From Candidatus Aminicenantales bacterium (GTDB taxonomy: Bacteria; Acidobacteriota; Aminicenantia; Aminicenantales; Saccharicenantaceae), in assembly GCA_049512315.1 (NCBI GenBank), contig JBEKXF010000026.1:1-44348 (forward strand): DNA of 44,348 nucleotides, given 5' to 3'. The position numbers and the translations under genes were made by a program. Below, in pieces: positions 28,280 to 38,505 of the stretch (position 1 is its first letter; each line of letters starts with the position of its first letter). The notes beneath the pieces are model-generated. The model was not told the DNA's origin, did not search any database, and saw only the letters and a program-made list of their open reading frames with translations.

Positions 28280-28522
28280 GACCTGCCGTCGCTCAATGTA
28301 CCACCTCGGAATTGAGATTTTCAAGCCTGACGACCTCTGTAGTGGATGCTTCATATCCATAAGGTCCCTCAAAGAGTTCAGTTCTGGGCATGCTCCGTAC
28401 CTCGTGCTGGGAGAAGCGTGGAAAATGCGCTAGAGGGCGCGAGAGAGGCGGAGAAGGGGAATTTCTGTTCTGGGGCGCATCGGTATTCCAGGGGCACATG
28501 GCTAAACCCGGGCCCAGTTGCC

Positions 28523-28990
28523 TCATCCGTTCTCGCCGAACGACTCGATCAGCCCCTTGAGCACGAGGATATGCGACTGATCCCCTCGCATAAGGTCGAC
28601 AAACAGCTTCTTGAGGGAAGGCTCCGTAACCTTCATGGACGTGTCCAGGTGGATCTTTTCGAAGCGCTTCTCGAACTCGAGCATTTTCTTAAGGCACTCC
28701 AGAAGGGGGGCCTTGCCGTGCCCGAGTGACGCATGGAACATCTTGGCCTCTTCGAATCCTTCCCTGGCATCGTTGTCATCCATCGTGATTCCGGAGAACG
28801 CGTCAGGCATTTCGTCGTAATACGTCTTACCCCTGCGGAGAACATTGGCGTGGTTGACTTCCTCGTTTGCCAGCGTTTTGAGCCGCGTGGCGATGGGCGG
28901 ATCTCCAGAAAGCTCGGCGATCGTTTCATAAAGCTTCGAGATCTGAGTTTCGAACTCCACGCCCAGGTCGAGGAATTTTGGGATGTCCAT
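28523..28990 (-). CDS. Ferritin-like/rubrerythrin-domain protein
   Basis: E..LY, LANEEVNH, second helix pair with DQSH; RBS ggagg. Confidence 0.75.
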   Translation of the reverse strand: MDIPKFLDLGVEFETQISKLYETIAELSGDPPIATRLKTLANEEVNHANVLRRGKTYYDEMPDAFSGITMDDNDAREGFEEAKMFHASLGHGKAPLLECLKKMLEFEKRFEKIHLDTSMKVTEPSLKKLFVDLMRGDQSHILVLKGLIESFGENG

Positions 28991-29239
28991 TGCTGACCTC
29001 CGTCCTAGGAGCTCATCATTCACATGATGGCCATCTATTTCAAGAGCCCGGGGCCATGCCTAGGCCCAGTCACTTCATGTGTCCTGTGCTGCCCCGATTT
29101 TACTGCTACCCTGAAGGCGGCGCAACGTGAAAGTTCTTAGGCCCGCCAGAACGTTTTACGGTCGGAGGCACGCGCCTTGAACTTGCTGTGCAGAAGTCTA
29201 CCGTGGACGAGAGGCCTTGATGTCGATAATCGTTACGAT

Positions 29240-29344
29240 ATGAACCCGGTCGCGCAGCGTCGCGGGGCGCTTGGCGGCGGCGCGGGCGGCGTACTTGCTT
29301 GAAAATCTTGCTTCAGAGGTGTTACATTTAGCGGAGGCAGGTTA
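29240..29344 (+). mobile_element. Miniature-element remnant: reversed gene tail (copy C) fused to right IS3-like end
   Basis: Minus-strand SKYAARAAAKRPATL; junction gtacttgcttgaaaatc identical to 6801. Confidence 0.65.
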
Positions 29345-29376
29345 CTCACAGTCCACTAATGGAAGGGAGAGTTTCC

Positions 29377-30429
29377 ATGAAGATTTCGGGTTTGCACCGT
29401 TTTGCGATTTGCGCGTCTTTTCTATTGCTTGCCACTGTGGCTCTTGCAGGTCCATCGGTGGTCAATTATCACCTGATTAAGAAAATTCCTCTCAGCGCGG
29501 CACCGGGTGGGAAGGAGTATTTTGACTATATCACGATTGACCCTGCAATGCGCCGTATCTACCTCTCGCACGGCACCGAGGTTAAGGTGGTTGATGCCGA
29601 TAATTATGCCGTGTTGGGCACCATCTCTGGCTTGGAACGATGCCATGGGATCGCGTTAGTCAAGGACCTTGGCAAGGGATTTATCACTGACGGTGACCCG
29701 GGCAAGGTGGTCATTTTCGATATTGCGACCTTAAAAGTTACTGGTGAGGTCAAAGCCGAACCCGATGCAGACGCTATCATCTATGATCCGGCGTCGAAGC
29801 GCATATTTTCGTTCAACGGAAACTCTAAAGACGCGACGGTTATCGATCCTGCCAAGGGAACCGTCGTGAAGACTATCCCCTTGGGCGGTGGTCCGGAGAA
29901 CGCCGTCGCCGATGGCAAAGGAATTGTTTACAACAACAATGAAGAAACGAACGAGGTCGTGGCAATCGATTCCGGAGCACTCACGATCAAGGCACGGTGG
30001 CCGGTTGCGCCGGCCGGAGCACCTACAGCAATGGCAATGGACAGGGCGCACCGGCGGCTATTCTCTGCAGGCCGCAACCCCAAGTTCCTCGTCGTCATGA
30101 ATGCCGACAACGGCAAAGTCATCCAATCATTCCCGATCAGCGGCGGTGTTGATGCCATTGTCTACGAGCCAGAGACCGGGCTCATTTTTGCTTCGACGCG
30201 TGAGGGCATGGTCCACATCTTCCACGAAGACTCGCCCGACAAGTATAGTGAGTCCCAGACGGTTAAGACCGAGGTCGGGGCCAAAACGATGGCACTCGAT
30301 CCCAAGACTCACAACGTCTTCCTGACCACATCGGATTTTGGTCCGCCTCCCGCTCCCACCCCGGATCGCCCCCATCCGAATCCGGCCGCGATCCCGGGAA
30401 CGTTCCGCCTGCTAGTTTACGGACGCTGA
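29377..30429 (+). CDS. Secreted YncE/YVTN-like beta-propeller protein
   Basis: Signal peptide; FDYITID, repeated propeller blades, GAKTMALDP, PGTFRLLVY. Confidence 0.85.
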   Translation: MKISGLHRFAICASFLLLATVALAGPSVVNYHLIKKIPLSAAPGGKEYFDYITIDPAMRRIYLSHGTEVKVVDADNYAVLGTISGLERCHGIALVKDLGKGFITDGDPGKVVIFDIATLKVTGEVKAEPDADAIIYDPASKRIFSFNGNSKDATVIDPAKGTVVKTIPLGGGPENAVADGKGIVYNNNEETNEVVAIDSGALTIKARWPVAPAGAPTAMAMDRAHRRLFSAGRNPKFLVVMNADNGKVIQSFPISGGVDAIVYEPETGLIFASTREGMVHIFHEDSPDKYSESQTVKTEVGAKTMALDPKTHNVFLTTSDFGPPPAPTPDRPHPNPAAIPGTFRLLVYGR

Positions 30430-30479
30430 GAGGTCAGCGCAAAGTCGGATTGCTAGGGGAGGTCGAAACAGTTCCGCCC

Positions 30480-30660
30480 ACCTTCCCGAGGGGGTCAGGG
30501 CAGACCTCCGCGCCGCTATAGAGAAATTGGGACCGGTTCGGTGGGCCGGTGCGGGCCGCGGCCCAGGCCACATACGAACGCTACCTGAAGTCGCAGGGCA
30601 TTAAGGACGAGATCAGGAGCTAGGACTGCTGCTTCTTCTTCCTCGTCGCCTGGAAGCGCG
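30480..30660 (+). pseudogene. Degraded C-terminal fragment, DUF3810-like
   Basis: HLPEGVRADLRA/frameshift/WDRFGGPVRAAAQATYERYLKSQGIKDEIRS*. Confidence 0.45.
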
Positions 30661-30704
30661 GCGGGGTTCGCTGGCCAACGCCTCATATGCTATAATCTTG
30701 CTCC

Positions 30705-31460
30705 ATGAGATACCGGGCCCACCCGCAGCAAGCCGGTTTCTTCCGCCGCTTTTTCGCCTTTGCCACCGACACGCTGATTCTGACGGTCTTGGCCGTCGCC
30801 GTCTTTTTCGCCGGCAACGAGGCCGTCGCCCGGCTCGACGGTAGGTCGGGGGAGTTCTCAAAGTTCGTGCGGGCCCTGCATGAGGGGGCCTCCGTCAGCA
30901 TAAGTATGGGGGACACAGCCTCGGGCTTAGCGATTGGGAATCCCAAGTCGTCTGAAGCCGAATTCACTAAGGCTTTTCTCCAAAAGCTCCGGGCGGCCCT
31001 CTCCGAGGACGAATTCGTCAAGACCATCGGGATGAGTCTAGGGGAACTGGAGAAAGAGTATCCAAGGATCATGGACGAATTCCCCGCCGGCCCCGGCAAG
31101 GTCTATATCATCGGCGGAAAGGACTTGTCCGTCATTTACGAATTCGTCTGCGGCTATGCCTACTTCATATTGTTTTTCCGCTTCGGCGGACGGCCGCTGG
31201 GAAAGCGGCTGTTCGGGCTCAAGGTTATCGACCTCTCTGGCAAGCCCTATCTCGGCTGGTACCAGGCGTTCGAGCGTACGCATGGGTATGCGGCGTCCAT
31301 GCTTGCCGCTTCCCTGGGTTTTCTCCAGGTCCTCTGGGACCACGAGGGCCTAGCGATGCACGACAGACTCGCCGGCACAACGGTCGTCCGGTGGAAAAAG
31401 CCCGTTCCCCCCCCGGCCCCTGATAAGCCCGAGGAGAGTAAAACGGAGGGGGCGCCATAA
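30705..31460 (+). CDS. RDD family membrane protein
   Basis: AGFFRRFFAFATD, GRPLGKRLFGLKVI, MHDRLAGTTVV. Confidence 0.88.
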   Translation: MRYRAHPQQAGFFRRFFAFATDTLILTVLAVAVFFAGNEAVARLDGRSGEFSKFVRALHEGASVSISMGDTASGLAIGNPKSSEAEFTKAFLQKLRAALSEDEFVKTIGMSLGELEKEYPRIMDEFPAGPGKVYIIGGKDLSVIYEFVCGYAYFILFFRFGGRPLGKRLFGLKVIDLSGKPYLGWYQAFERTHGYAASMLAASLGFLQVLWDHEGLAMHDRLAGTTVVRWKKPVPPPAPDKPEESKTEGAP

Positions 31461-31507
31461 AAAGCCCCTGGTCATATTCTGAGCTAGACCTTGCGCCGGG
31501 GCTTTTT
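31459..31507. terminator. Probable terminator
   Basis: aaaagcccc...ggggcttttt right after the RDD stop. Confidence 0.45.
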
Positions 31508-31704
31508 CATTTATACATCATATTCAAGGCCAAAAAAGCGGAAAGCAATAAGGCCAGCTAAGCGCTCGGCCCGCAGGAACGGGCGGTATCACTTCCGGTT
31601 CATGAAGGCGCCGATGTCCGAGGACAACTGCTGAAGCGAGGGAAGGTACGTGTACATCATCTGGCCGCCGGCAGTAATGACCAGATTCGAAAGGAGGAAA
31701 AACA

Positions 31705-32118
31705 ATGTCAAAAGATACTGATGTTCGATGGGGATGGCTGAAATTTATGTATGTCTACACCATTGTTGTGGCAGGAGGATTCGGGTTGGTAATAATTTTT
31801 GTCCCGAATATCATGACATCTGTGTTCGGTTGGCCTATTGAAGAGCCAATAGCTTTGGGAATCGCAGGCAGTGCCTTTATGGCTTTCGGGATTTTATCAA
31901 TATTCGGCCTGCGGGCTCCTCTAAGATTTGTGCCAATTCTCGTACTACAACTGTGCTATAAGTCAATCTGGTTCGTTGGCGTTGTTCTGCCTTTGTTGTT
32001 CACCGGGCGATTTCCAAACTATGCCATATTCTCTGCTGTATTATTCGCCACCTTCATTGTGGGTGATCTGATCGCGATACCGTTTCCTTATATCTTTTCA
32101 AAGCAAACAGGTCAGTAG
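31705..32118 (+). CDS. Hypothetical 4-TM membrane protein
   Basis: RBS aggagg; four hydrophobic helices; QLCYKSIW motif. Confidence 0.8.
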   Translation: MSKDTDVRWGWLKFMYVYTIVVAGGFGLVIIFVPNIMTSVFGWPIEEPIALGIAGSAFMAFGILSIFGLRAPLRFVPILVLQLCYKSIWFVGVVLPLLFTGRFPNYAIFSAVLFATFIVGDLIAIPFPYIFSKQTGQ

Positions 32119-32358
32119 TCTCAGCCCTCGTGCATTGGCATATAATCAGGCAGGCGGTAAACTCTTCCAAGCCGCATAACAACTCCCAGCAGCTGCCCGG
32201 TCAGCTCATCTCGTTGCCGTTGGTACGGTTTTGTGTCTATTAAGTTGGTTCATCAATATTATTAATGGGAACATTTGATAATTTTGGACCCCTAAATATG
32301 CCTCAGCTAGGATTTGAACCTCAGACCGCTAGGTTCACAGTTGCTATCCAAAATTAAG

Positions 32359-32721
32359 CTAAAATTGTAGCCAAGCTGGATTTGAACCTAAATACGCTTG
32401 GTCGCAGGTCAGAAGGCCCTTATACTTGAAGTGCTTCCCTTGTTTGACCATGACACGGCGGGCATCGAGGACCTCCTGCACGGCATCGAACAGGCCCTTG
32501 TCGATTCCGAACATCTTGTAGAACTCCTTAACCGACTTGCCCTCGTCGTGGGCCTTGAGGATGGCGGCCGCGTTCGCGTCGACCTGGCCCTGGATCTTGG
32601 CTGCCTTGTCAGCCTTCTCTTTGGCCGGCTTGACCTCTGCCGTCCTCGTCTTGGTTTCCGTCCCTGCCGGGACCGCCGCGCGGACGGCCTCGACGGCCTT
32701 CGCCGTTTTCTTCTTGGTCAT
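32359..32721 (-). CDS. Hypothetical protein with Lys/Ala-rich N-terminus
   Basis: RBS ggagg before ATG 32721; GC3-rich codons except the last about 15. Confidence 0.6.
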   Translation of the reverse strand: MTKKKTAKAVEAVRAAVPAGTETKTRTAEVKPAKEKADKAAKIQGQVDANAAAILKAHDEGKSVKEFYKMFGIDKGLFDAVQEVLDARRVMVKQGKHFKYKGLLTCDQAYLGSNPAWLQF

Positions 32722-32834
32722 CTTTTCTCCTCCCAGGCCTATAGTCTCAGATTGGTTCCGGAATGCACACAAGAATGTTCCTCAGCAAGTCGCAGATAAC
32801 GGCCGGAATGCGAAAGACATTATTGCCACTGGGA

Positions 32835-33113
32835 CCGTAGGCTATCGGGATTTCGGGGAGAGGGGACATTGTCTGCAGCGTATGGCATGGAAGCTTCAGG
32901 AATACGGTCACTAAATGGATTGACTTCGTGATCCCACGGCGTTATAAATTAACCAGCAAGGGATTAGGGGAAGTCGAAGGTCATCCTTCACCAAAAATCA
33001 ATCTTTGCCGTCCCCGTATCTCTGAATCACTTTAAAGGAGGGGTTCTATGAAACGCTTTGGTTTTGCGGTTGGCCTGGTCCTCTTGGTCTTCGCAGTCTC
33101 GCTCTGGGCACAG
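32835..33113 (+). repeat. Repeated promoter + leader + signal-peptide module (copy 2)
   Basis: Aligns with 8103-8381; TTGACT(32920)-17-TATAAA. Confidence 0.85.
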
Positions 33114-33602
33114 ACGACGGTTCCGAAGCCCGATCTTGAGCTCAAAAAGCTCGGTGTTATCGTGGGCCATTGGACGTACGAAGGCGAGTACATGGCTAGC
33201 CCATTGGGACCGGGTGGAAAGGCCAAAGGCGAGGAGTTTATTCAATGGATTCTGGGAGGATTCTTTTTACAGGATCTGGAGATAGAAAAAGGAGCCCTGG
33301 GGGAGATGCGAGGAGCTCTTCTCTATGCGTACGATCCGGTCAGCAAGAATATTGTCTGTAGCGGACTTGGGAGCGACGGAGGCCCAGCTTCAGGAATCGT
33401 TAAGGTCAGCGGAAACACGATAACTTGGGAAGGAAAGTACGTCTTTGGGGCCAAGGAGAACTTGCTGAAAGCAACCTATATAGTCGCCGTAGACCTCATG
33501 AGCATGACGCAGAAAGTCGAGATTTCCGTAGATGGGAAGACCTGGGCTCCCTTCTTTGATGCCATATTTAGCAAAGCCAAGCCCGCGCCTAAGACGAAGT
33601 AG
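33048..33602 (+). CDS. Secreted DUF1579-like beta-barrel protein
   Basis: Signal peptide; LKKLGVIVGHWTYEG, WILGGFFL, YDP, ISVDGKTW; paralog of 38506. Confidence 0.75.
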   Translation: MKRFGFAVGLVLLVFAVSLWAQTTVPKPDLELKKLGVIVGHWTYEGEYMASPLGPGGKAKGEEFIQWILGGFFLQDLEIEKGALGEMRGALLYAYDPVSKNIVCSGLGSDGGPASGIVKVSGNTITWEGKYVFGAKENLLKATYIVAVDLMSMTQKVEISVDGKTWAPFFDAIFSKAKPAPKTK

Positions 33603-33684
33603 CTGACAGCTGACTGAACAAGACATAAGCGCTGGGGGCCACCCTGTCTGGGGTGGTCTCAAGAGGGTCTGCAAGGGGGTTCCT

Positions 33685-34146
33685 ATGAAACGCATAGCTT
33701 TCGTGGTCGGACTGGTCGTCTTGGTCTTTGCAGTCGCCATCCTGGCCCAGACAGGGGCAAAGCCAAAAGGGCAGACGGCCGAACAAGAGCTGTTGAAGCT
33801 CGAGCAAGAGTGGACGAATGCAGATCTCAAGAGCGATTGGGCCACCATGGACCGGATTCTGGCGGATGACTATGTGCTCACCGACAGAGATGGTGAGGTC
33901 TCCACCAAAGCTCAGTGTGAGGCATTCATGAGGTCCGGCGAGGATAAGATATTAACCCTGGTGACAGACGACATGAAGGTCCGAGTCTATGGAGATGCGG
34001 CGGTAGTAATCCTACGCTCCACGATCAAAGAAACATATCGAGGGGAGGAGATCAGCGACGTCTGTCGGATCACCAATACCTGGATCAAAAAGGCCGGCCG
34101 CTGGCAGTGCGTGGCAACTCACGGCTCAAGAATAGCTGGAAAATAG
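33685..34146 (+). CDS. Secreted NTF2-like/DUF4440 protein
   Basis: Paralog of 8316-8765. Confidence 0.85.
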   Translation: MKRIAFVVGLVVLVFAVAILAQTGAKPKGQTAEQELLKLEQEWTNADLKSDWATMDRILADDYVLTDRDGEVSTKAQCEAFMRSGEDKILTLVTDDMKVRVYGDAAVVILRSTIKETYRGEEISDVCRITNTWIKKAGRWQCVATHGSRIAGK

Positions 34147-34330
34147 CTCCCTAAGGTCTGACGGCCTCTTTAGCTCAACGAGCAATTAGGGGTGCTCGCT
34201 CGCAGTCCCAGTACTGCACAACCATTGCACAGTTGACAGAGGCGTCATCTTAAGCCCCTCTAATTTCTATCAATTAACAATGCCCATTCGGGGTGCCAAG
34301 AACTGGCAGTCCAGCTCTGGCATCCCACGT

Positions 34331-34360
34331 TTGACTTCCCGCCCATGCCTCTGTTAATCT
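34331..34360 (+). promoter_or_regulatory. Kinase promoter
   Basis: TTGACTtcccgcccatgcctctgtTAATCT, identical to 39165. Confidence 0.7.
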
Positions 34361-34387
34361 TGGGCCAAGCTAGAAAAGGGGGCCATT

Positions 34388-36838
34388 GTGGCCATCAAGT
34401 GCCCGATATGTCACGCCGATAATCCCGAGACGGTGAAGTTCTGCGGGGAGTGCGGGACGCAGCTTCCTCCTTCCCAGGGCCATCCTCCAGTCGTGAAGGA
34501 AACCCTCCAGACGCCGGGCATTTGGCTGCCCAAAGGAACGATCGTCGCAGGAAAATACAGGATCATCGATGAGATCGGCCGGGGCGGGATGGGCATTGTC
34601 TATAGGGCTGAAGATACGAAACTCCAGCGCGCCGTCGCCCTGAAGTTTCTGCCCGAAGAGCTGGCCCATGACCACCAGGCCGTCGAGCGTTTCCAGCGCG
34701 AAGCCCGGGCCGCGTCCGCCCTGAACCACCCCCATATCTGCATCATTTACGATATCGATGAACATGAAGGAAAGTACTTTATCGCGCTCGAGTTCCTTGA
34801 GGGGAAGACGCTGCGGGAATATCTGCTGGGCAAGCGGCTGGATGTGGACCAAATTGTCGATATCGGGATTCAGGTTGCCGGCGGGCTTGAGGCCGCCCAT
34901 GCCAAAGGAATAATCCACCGGGACATCAAGCCGGGCAATATTTTCGTGACGGATTCGGGACAGGCCAAAATCCTGGATTTCGGGCTGGCCAAGCTTCTGC
35001 CTGAATGGAGGCCGACAGCCGAGGAGAAGGTCGCTCCCGGGATGCCGACGATGACAGCGGGGGAACTCCTGACCAGTCCAGATTCTACTGTCGGGACGGT
35101 GGCCTATATGTCGCCGGAACAGGCCCTGGGAAAAAACCTGGATGCGCGGACCGACCTGTTTTCCCTGGGAGTCGTCCTCTATGAGATGGCCACAGGAATT
35201 CTCCCATTCCGCGGAGATACGTCGGCCGCGCTCTTCGATGGAATTCTACACAAGGCCCCCGCCCCGCCAATTCGGCTTAACCCCGATCTCCCGGATGAGC
35301 TCGAACGCATCATCGACAAAACGCTCGAGAAAGACCGAGAGGTACGCTACCAGTCGGCCAAGGATGTCATAGTCGACTTGAAACGGCTGAAGCGCGAGCG
35401 CGAGTCCGGACGAGCGACCGTTCCCGGCGCCGCGGAATCCCCGCGCATCCCGTCGCTGGCGGTGCTGCCGTTCGCCAACTTGAGCGCGGACAAGGAGAAC
35501 GAGTATTTCAGCGACGGGTTGGCCGAAGACATTATCGACGCCCTGACGCAAGCGTCCGGGCTGCGCGTGATGGCGCGGACTTCGTCCTTTGCCTTCCGCG
35601 GCAAGGAGGCGGATGTGCGCGAGATCGGGGCGCGCCTCAACGTCGACCACATCCTGGAAGGCAGCGTGCGGCGGTCGGGCAACCGTATCCGAGTGACGGC
35701 CCAGCTGGTCAAGGCGAGCGACGGGTATCACCTGTGGAGCCAGCGCTTCGACCGGGAGATGACGGATGTCTTCGCCATCCAGGACGAGATCTCGCAGGCC
35801 ATTGTCGGGAAGCTGCAGGTACAGCTGACAGGGGGCCGTCCGCTCGTCAGGCGCTACACGGAGGACCTCGCCGCCTATGACCTCTGTCTAAAGGCCCGGT
35901 ACCACCTCTTGAAGATGACGCCGGAAGGGCGCGAGGCGGGCCGGCGCTACTGTGAGCAGGCTATCGCGCTCGACCCAAACTACGCCCTGGCGCATGTTAT
36001 GCTGGCCGAATCCTACTTTTGGAGTGCTTTCTGGGGAGCCGTGGATCCGCGGGATGCATTCTCCAGGGCGAAGTCGGCGGCGCTCGAGGCCCTCAGACTC
36101 GATGAGACCATCGCAGACGCCCACAGCGCATTAGGGACCGTGCTGGGCAGCGGCGAGTTCGATTGGCAGGGAGCTGAGCGGGAATTCCGCCGGGCCCAGG
36201 AGTTGAGGTTGTCCTCCGCGGCGTTCCGATACGACTACGTCTGGTGCTATGCCATGTGGTTTCTCCTGCCCCTGGGGCGAGCGGAACAGGCCTTGACCGA
36301 GATACGGCGGGCGCTGGAGCTGAATCCGCTCGACTCGTTCTACACTTCCCTGTTGGGGTGCCTCCTTTACATGACGCGACAATCCGAGCCAGCGATCGCG
36401 CAACTGCAGCACGCCATCACTCTGGACCCGACCTTCTTCTTCCCCTATTGGTTCCTCTCGCTCGCCCACCGGCTGAATGGGCAGCTCGACGAGTCCATCG
36501 CCGCGGCCGAGAAGGCGAACGAGCTCTCCGGGGGCAATGCGCTGACGCTGGGAGCGCTGGGCAGTGCCTACGGTCTGGCCAGCCGGACCGCCGAGGCGCG
36601 GCAATTGCTGGAGGAGTTGACGGCGCGACGGCGGTTGACCTATGTGCCCGCGTCCGCTTTCACATTTGTCCTTGGTGGTCTGGGAGAACGGGACGGGAGT
36701 CTGGAGTGGATCACAAGGGGTATCGAAGAGCGTGATCCGATCCTTGTGACATCATTCAAGATCTCGCCGAGCTTCGATCGCCTGCGATCTCACCAGGCCT
36801 TTAAGACTCTGCTGCGGAAGATGAACCTGGAACCCTGA
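34388..36838 (+). CDS. Zinc-ribbon Ser/Thr protein kinase with TolB-N-like domain and TPRs, no TM (K5)
   Basis: Kinase motifs (HRDIKP); [11 protein letters not shown]; TPRs. Confidence 0.95.
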   Translation: MAIKCPICHADNPETVKFCGECGTQLPPSQGHPPVVKETLQTPGIWLPKGTIVAGKYRIIDEIGRGGMGIVYRAEDTKLQRAVALKFLPEELAHDHQAVERFQREARAASALNHPHICIIYDIDEHEGKYFIALEFLEGKTLREYLLGKRLDVDQIVDIGIQVAGGLEAAHAKGIIHRDIKPGNIFVTDSGQAKILDFGLAKLLPEWRPTAEEKVAPGMPTMTAGELLTSPDSTVGTVAYMSPEQALGKNLDARTDLFSLGVVLYEMATGILPFRGDTSAALFDGILHKAPAPPIRLNPDLPDELERIIDKTLEKDREVRYQSAKDVIVDLKRLKRERESGRATVPGAAESPRIPSLAVLPFANLSADKENEYFSDGLAEDIIDALTQASGLRVMARTSSFAFRGKEADVREIGARLNVDHILEGSVRRSGNRIRVTAQLVKASDGYHLWSQRFDREMTDVFAIQDEISQAIVGKLQVQLTGGRPLVRRYTEDLAAYDLCLKARYHLLKMTPEGREAGRRYCEQAIALDPNYALAHVMLAESYFWSAFWGAVDPRDAFSRAKSAALEALRLDETIADAHSALGTVLGSGEFDWQGAEREFRRAQELRLSSAAFRYDYVWCYAMWFLLPLGRAEQALTEIRRALELNPLDSFYTSLLGCLLYMTRQSEPAIAQLQHAITLDPTFFFPYWFLSLAHRLNGQLDESIAAAEKANELSGGNALTLGALGSAYGLASRTAEARQLLEELTARRRLTYVPASAFTFVLGGLGERDGSLEWITRGIEERDPILVTSFKISPSFDRLRSHQAFKTLLRKMNLEP

Positions 36839-36862
36839 GCAGGGATCTGCTGCCCGCTTCCA

Positions 36863-36909
36863 TGGACTCCGGATCTAAACGTCGGAGGTTCGAATCCTCT
36901 CAGGCACGC
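36863..36909 (+). tRNA. tRNA-Arg(CCG) 3' fragment
   Basis: tggactccggatctaaacgtcggaggttcgaatcctctcaggcacgc. Confidence 0.8.
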
Positions 36910-37151
36910 TCCCTTATTTTCCGTATTTCAGCCATTCAGCCTATCCCGATCTTCAGTGTGACACGGCGGGGGAGGGCTGTCTCACGGGGCCTTTTAAGAG
37001 TTCTTGACTACGACCCGCGGCCGGGAATATCATCGTTTCGTGATAGGGGGTATTGGCTACAAGCTTAGTGGCGTTAAAGTTGCGTAGCTCAATTGAATAG
37101 TTACCTAAATTTTTATCAATCAGTGGACTACAATCAAAAGGGAGGGAGGAT

Positions 37152-37784
37152 ATGAAAAGAGCGTTGCTTATAATTTTGGGTTTTGGGATTGTGTGCTCGC
37201 AGCTATTATCACAAGAGTTGGTGGTCCGCTTCCACTTCAAGGACCATCCTGAGCAGACGGAGGCAGCGCCCGAGGGGACCGCATTTGGAAGCCTCACAGG
37301 CCCAAATCAGTTCAATATGAGACCAAACGAGCCAGGCTTGCCGAGGTGGCTCAGTGTCCAGTCCCGTGATGATCTCAGCATATTTGGGGATGTATTTCGA
37401 AAAGCCTTGATATCCGATTTTGGAACATCGGAGGAAAACGATCCTGAACGAAAACTTATAAGGACGCGCCGCCTAGTCTCCGGTTTAGGGTTGGCCATCA
37501 GCTGGATAGGGACGGTCGTCGTTGATCTTCTCTATGATGATTGGTATCGATCGACCACAGTGATCCCCGTGGCGGGACCTTGGATAACGCTAGCCAGATT
37601 GGCGAGCCATCACGATCCAGGTTGGCCTGGGGCAAAAGCACTCCTTATTCTCTCCGGTGTCGCTCAAACCAGCCTTGCGACATATTTCATCATTTCACTA
37701 ACACGGCATCCCAAACCGAAAGAAACGAAAAGCGTGGCGATATCGGCGAGTTTCAATACAATCAACTTGAGGATTCAATTCTAG
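37152..37784 (+). CDS. Hypothetical exported/membrane protein
   Basis: RBS ggagg, signal peptide, IPVAGPW hairpin motif, C-terminal INLRIQF. Confidence 0.75.
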   Translation: MKRALLIILGFGIVCSQLLSQELVVRFHFKDHPEQTEAAPEGTAFGSLTGPNQFNMRPNEPGLPRWLSVQSRDDLSIFGDVFRKALISDFGTSEENDPERKLIRTRRLVSGLGLAISWIGTVVVDLLYDDWYRSTTVIPVAGPWITLARLASHHDPGWPGAKALLILSGVAQTSLATYFIISLTRHPKPKETKSVAISASFNTINLRIQF

Positions 37785-37925
37785 TTGAACGGTGCAGACG
37801 GACCTCGAGGGCGCGGTTCAGTAACAGATGCCGACGTATACGGCCGTGTCGGGCGAGAATTAGGGTCGAAGCCGGGGGGTCGGGACGTCCTCGGTCTGGC
37901 CGGCGATTCTGTCGGAGAGGCTCTC

Positions 37926-37968
37926 GACTCCGGATCCAAAGGTCGGAGGTTCGAATCCTCTCAGGCAC
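37926..37968 (+). tRNA. tRNA-Arg(CCG) 3' fragment
   Basis: gactccggatccaaaggtcggaggttcgaatcctctcaggcac, identical to the corresponding part of 21869-21925. Confidence 0.85.
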
Positions 37969-38169
37969 CTTCTGGACAGCCGCTCAACCCTATCTTAGGT
38001 TGTCTGTAAGTTAATCAGAGCGACGGTCCCATCGTCGACCCCATCGTCGCAGTGCGTTGGGCGCCGGTCAATCGTCTTTCCTGGCTAATCGGGGGGGGAT
38101 ATTTCGGTTTCAGGCCTCACCCTCAGGGGGGGAGGGAAACCCTACGGTCACGCGGGGAGAGGTCTTCGT

Positions 38170-38224
38170 TTAGAGCAGCAGACTCTTAATCCGCGGGTTG
38201 TAGGTTCGAGTCCTACACGGGTCA
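38170..38224 (+). tRNA. tRNA-Lys(CUU) 3' fragment
   Basis: tagagca-gcaga-ctCTTaa-tccgc-gggtt-gtagg-ttcgagt-cctac-acgggtca; no 5' acceptor strand. Confidence 0.8.
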
Positions 38225-38361
38225 TTCCCGTCTTCCAGAAATCTCAACCACTTACCCTGATTCCCTTTTTAGGCTGAGTTAGCAGAACTGAGCCATTTTA
38301 GGCGGTTTTGTCCCCGCCGTGTCCGCACGGCGGCTTCGGGGGATAAGTCGGCTCTAGCCTA

Positions 38362-38390
38362 TTGACTTCGTGTTCTCGCAATGCTATAAA
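38362..38390 (+). promoter_or_regulatory. Sigma70-type promoter
   Basis: TTGACT-17bp-TATAAA. Confidence 0.7.
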
Positions 38391-38505
38391 TTAAGGTACA
38401 GTAGATTAGGGCTAAACCGGGGTCAGTATAAGTCAGCTGATCGTTCACCTTGAAGGTGCCTTTTCTTCTCCCTAATCTATGAATTTTGTAAAAAGGAGGG
38501 GTTTT

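Noticed and set aside
32173..32228. Integron attC site (gcataac...gttg)
   Set aside because: An R''-like box is present but there is no convincing complementary R' and L boxes, no repetition after other genes and no intI.
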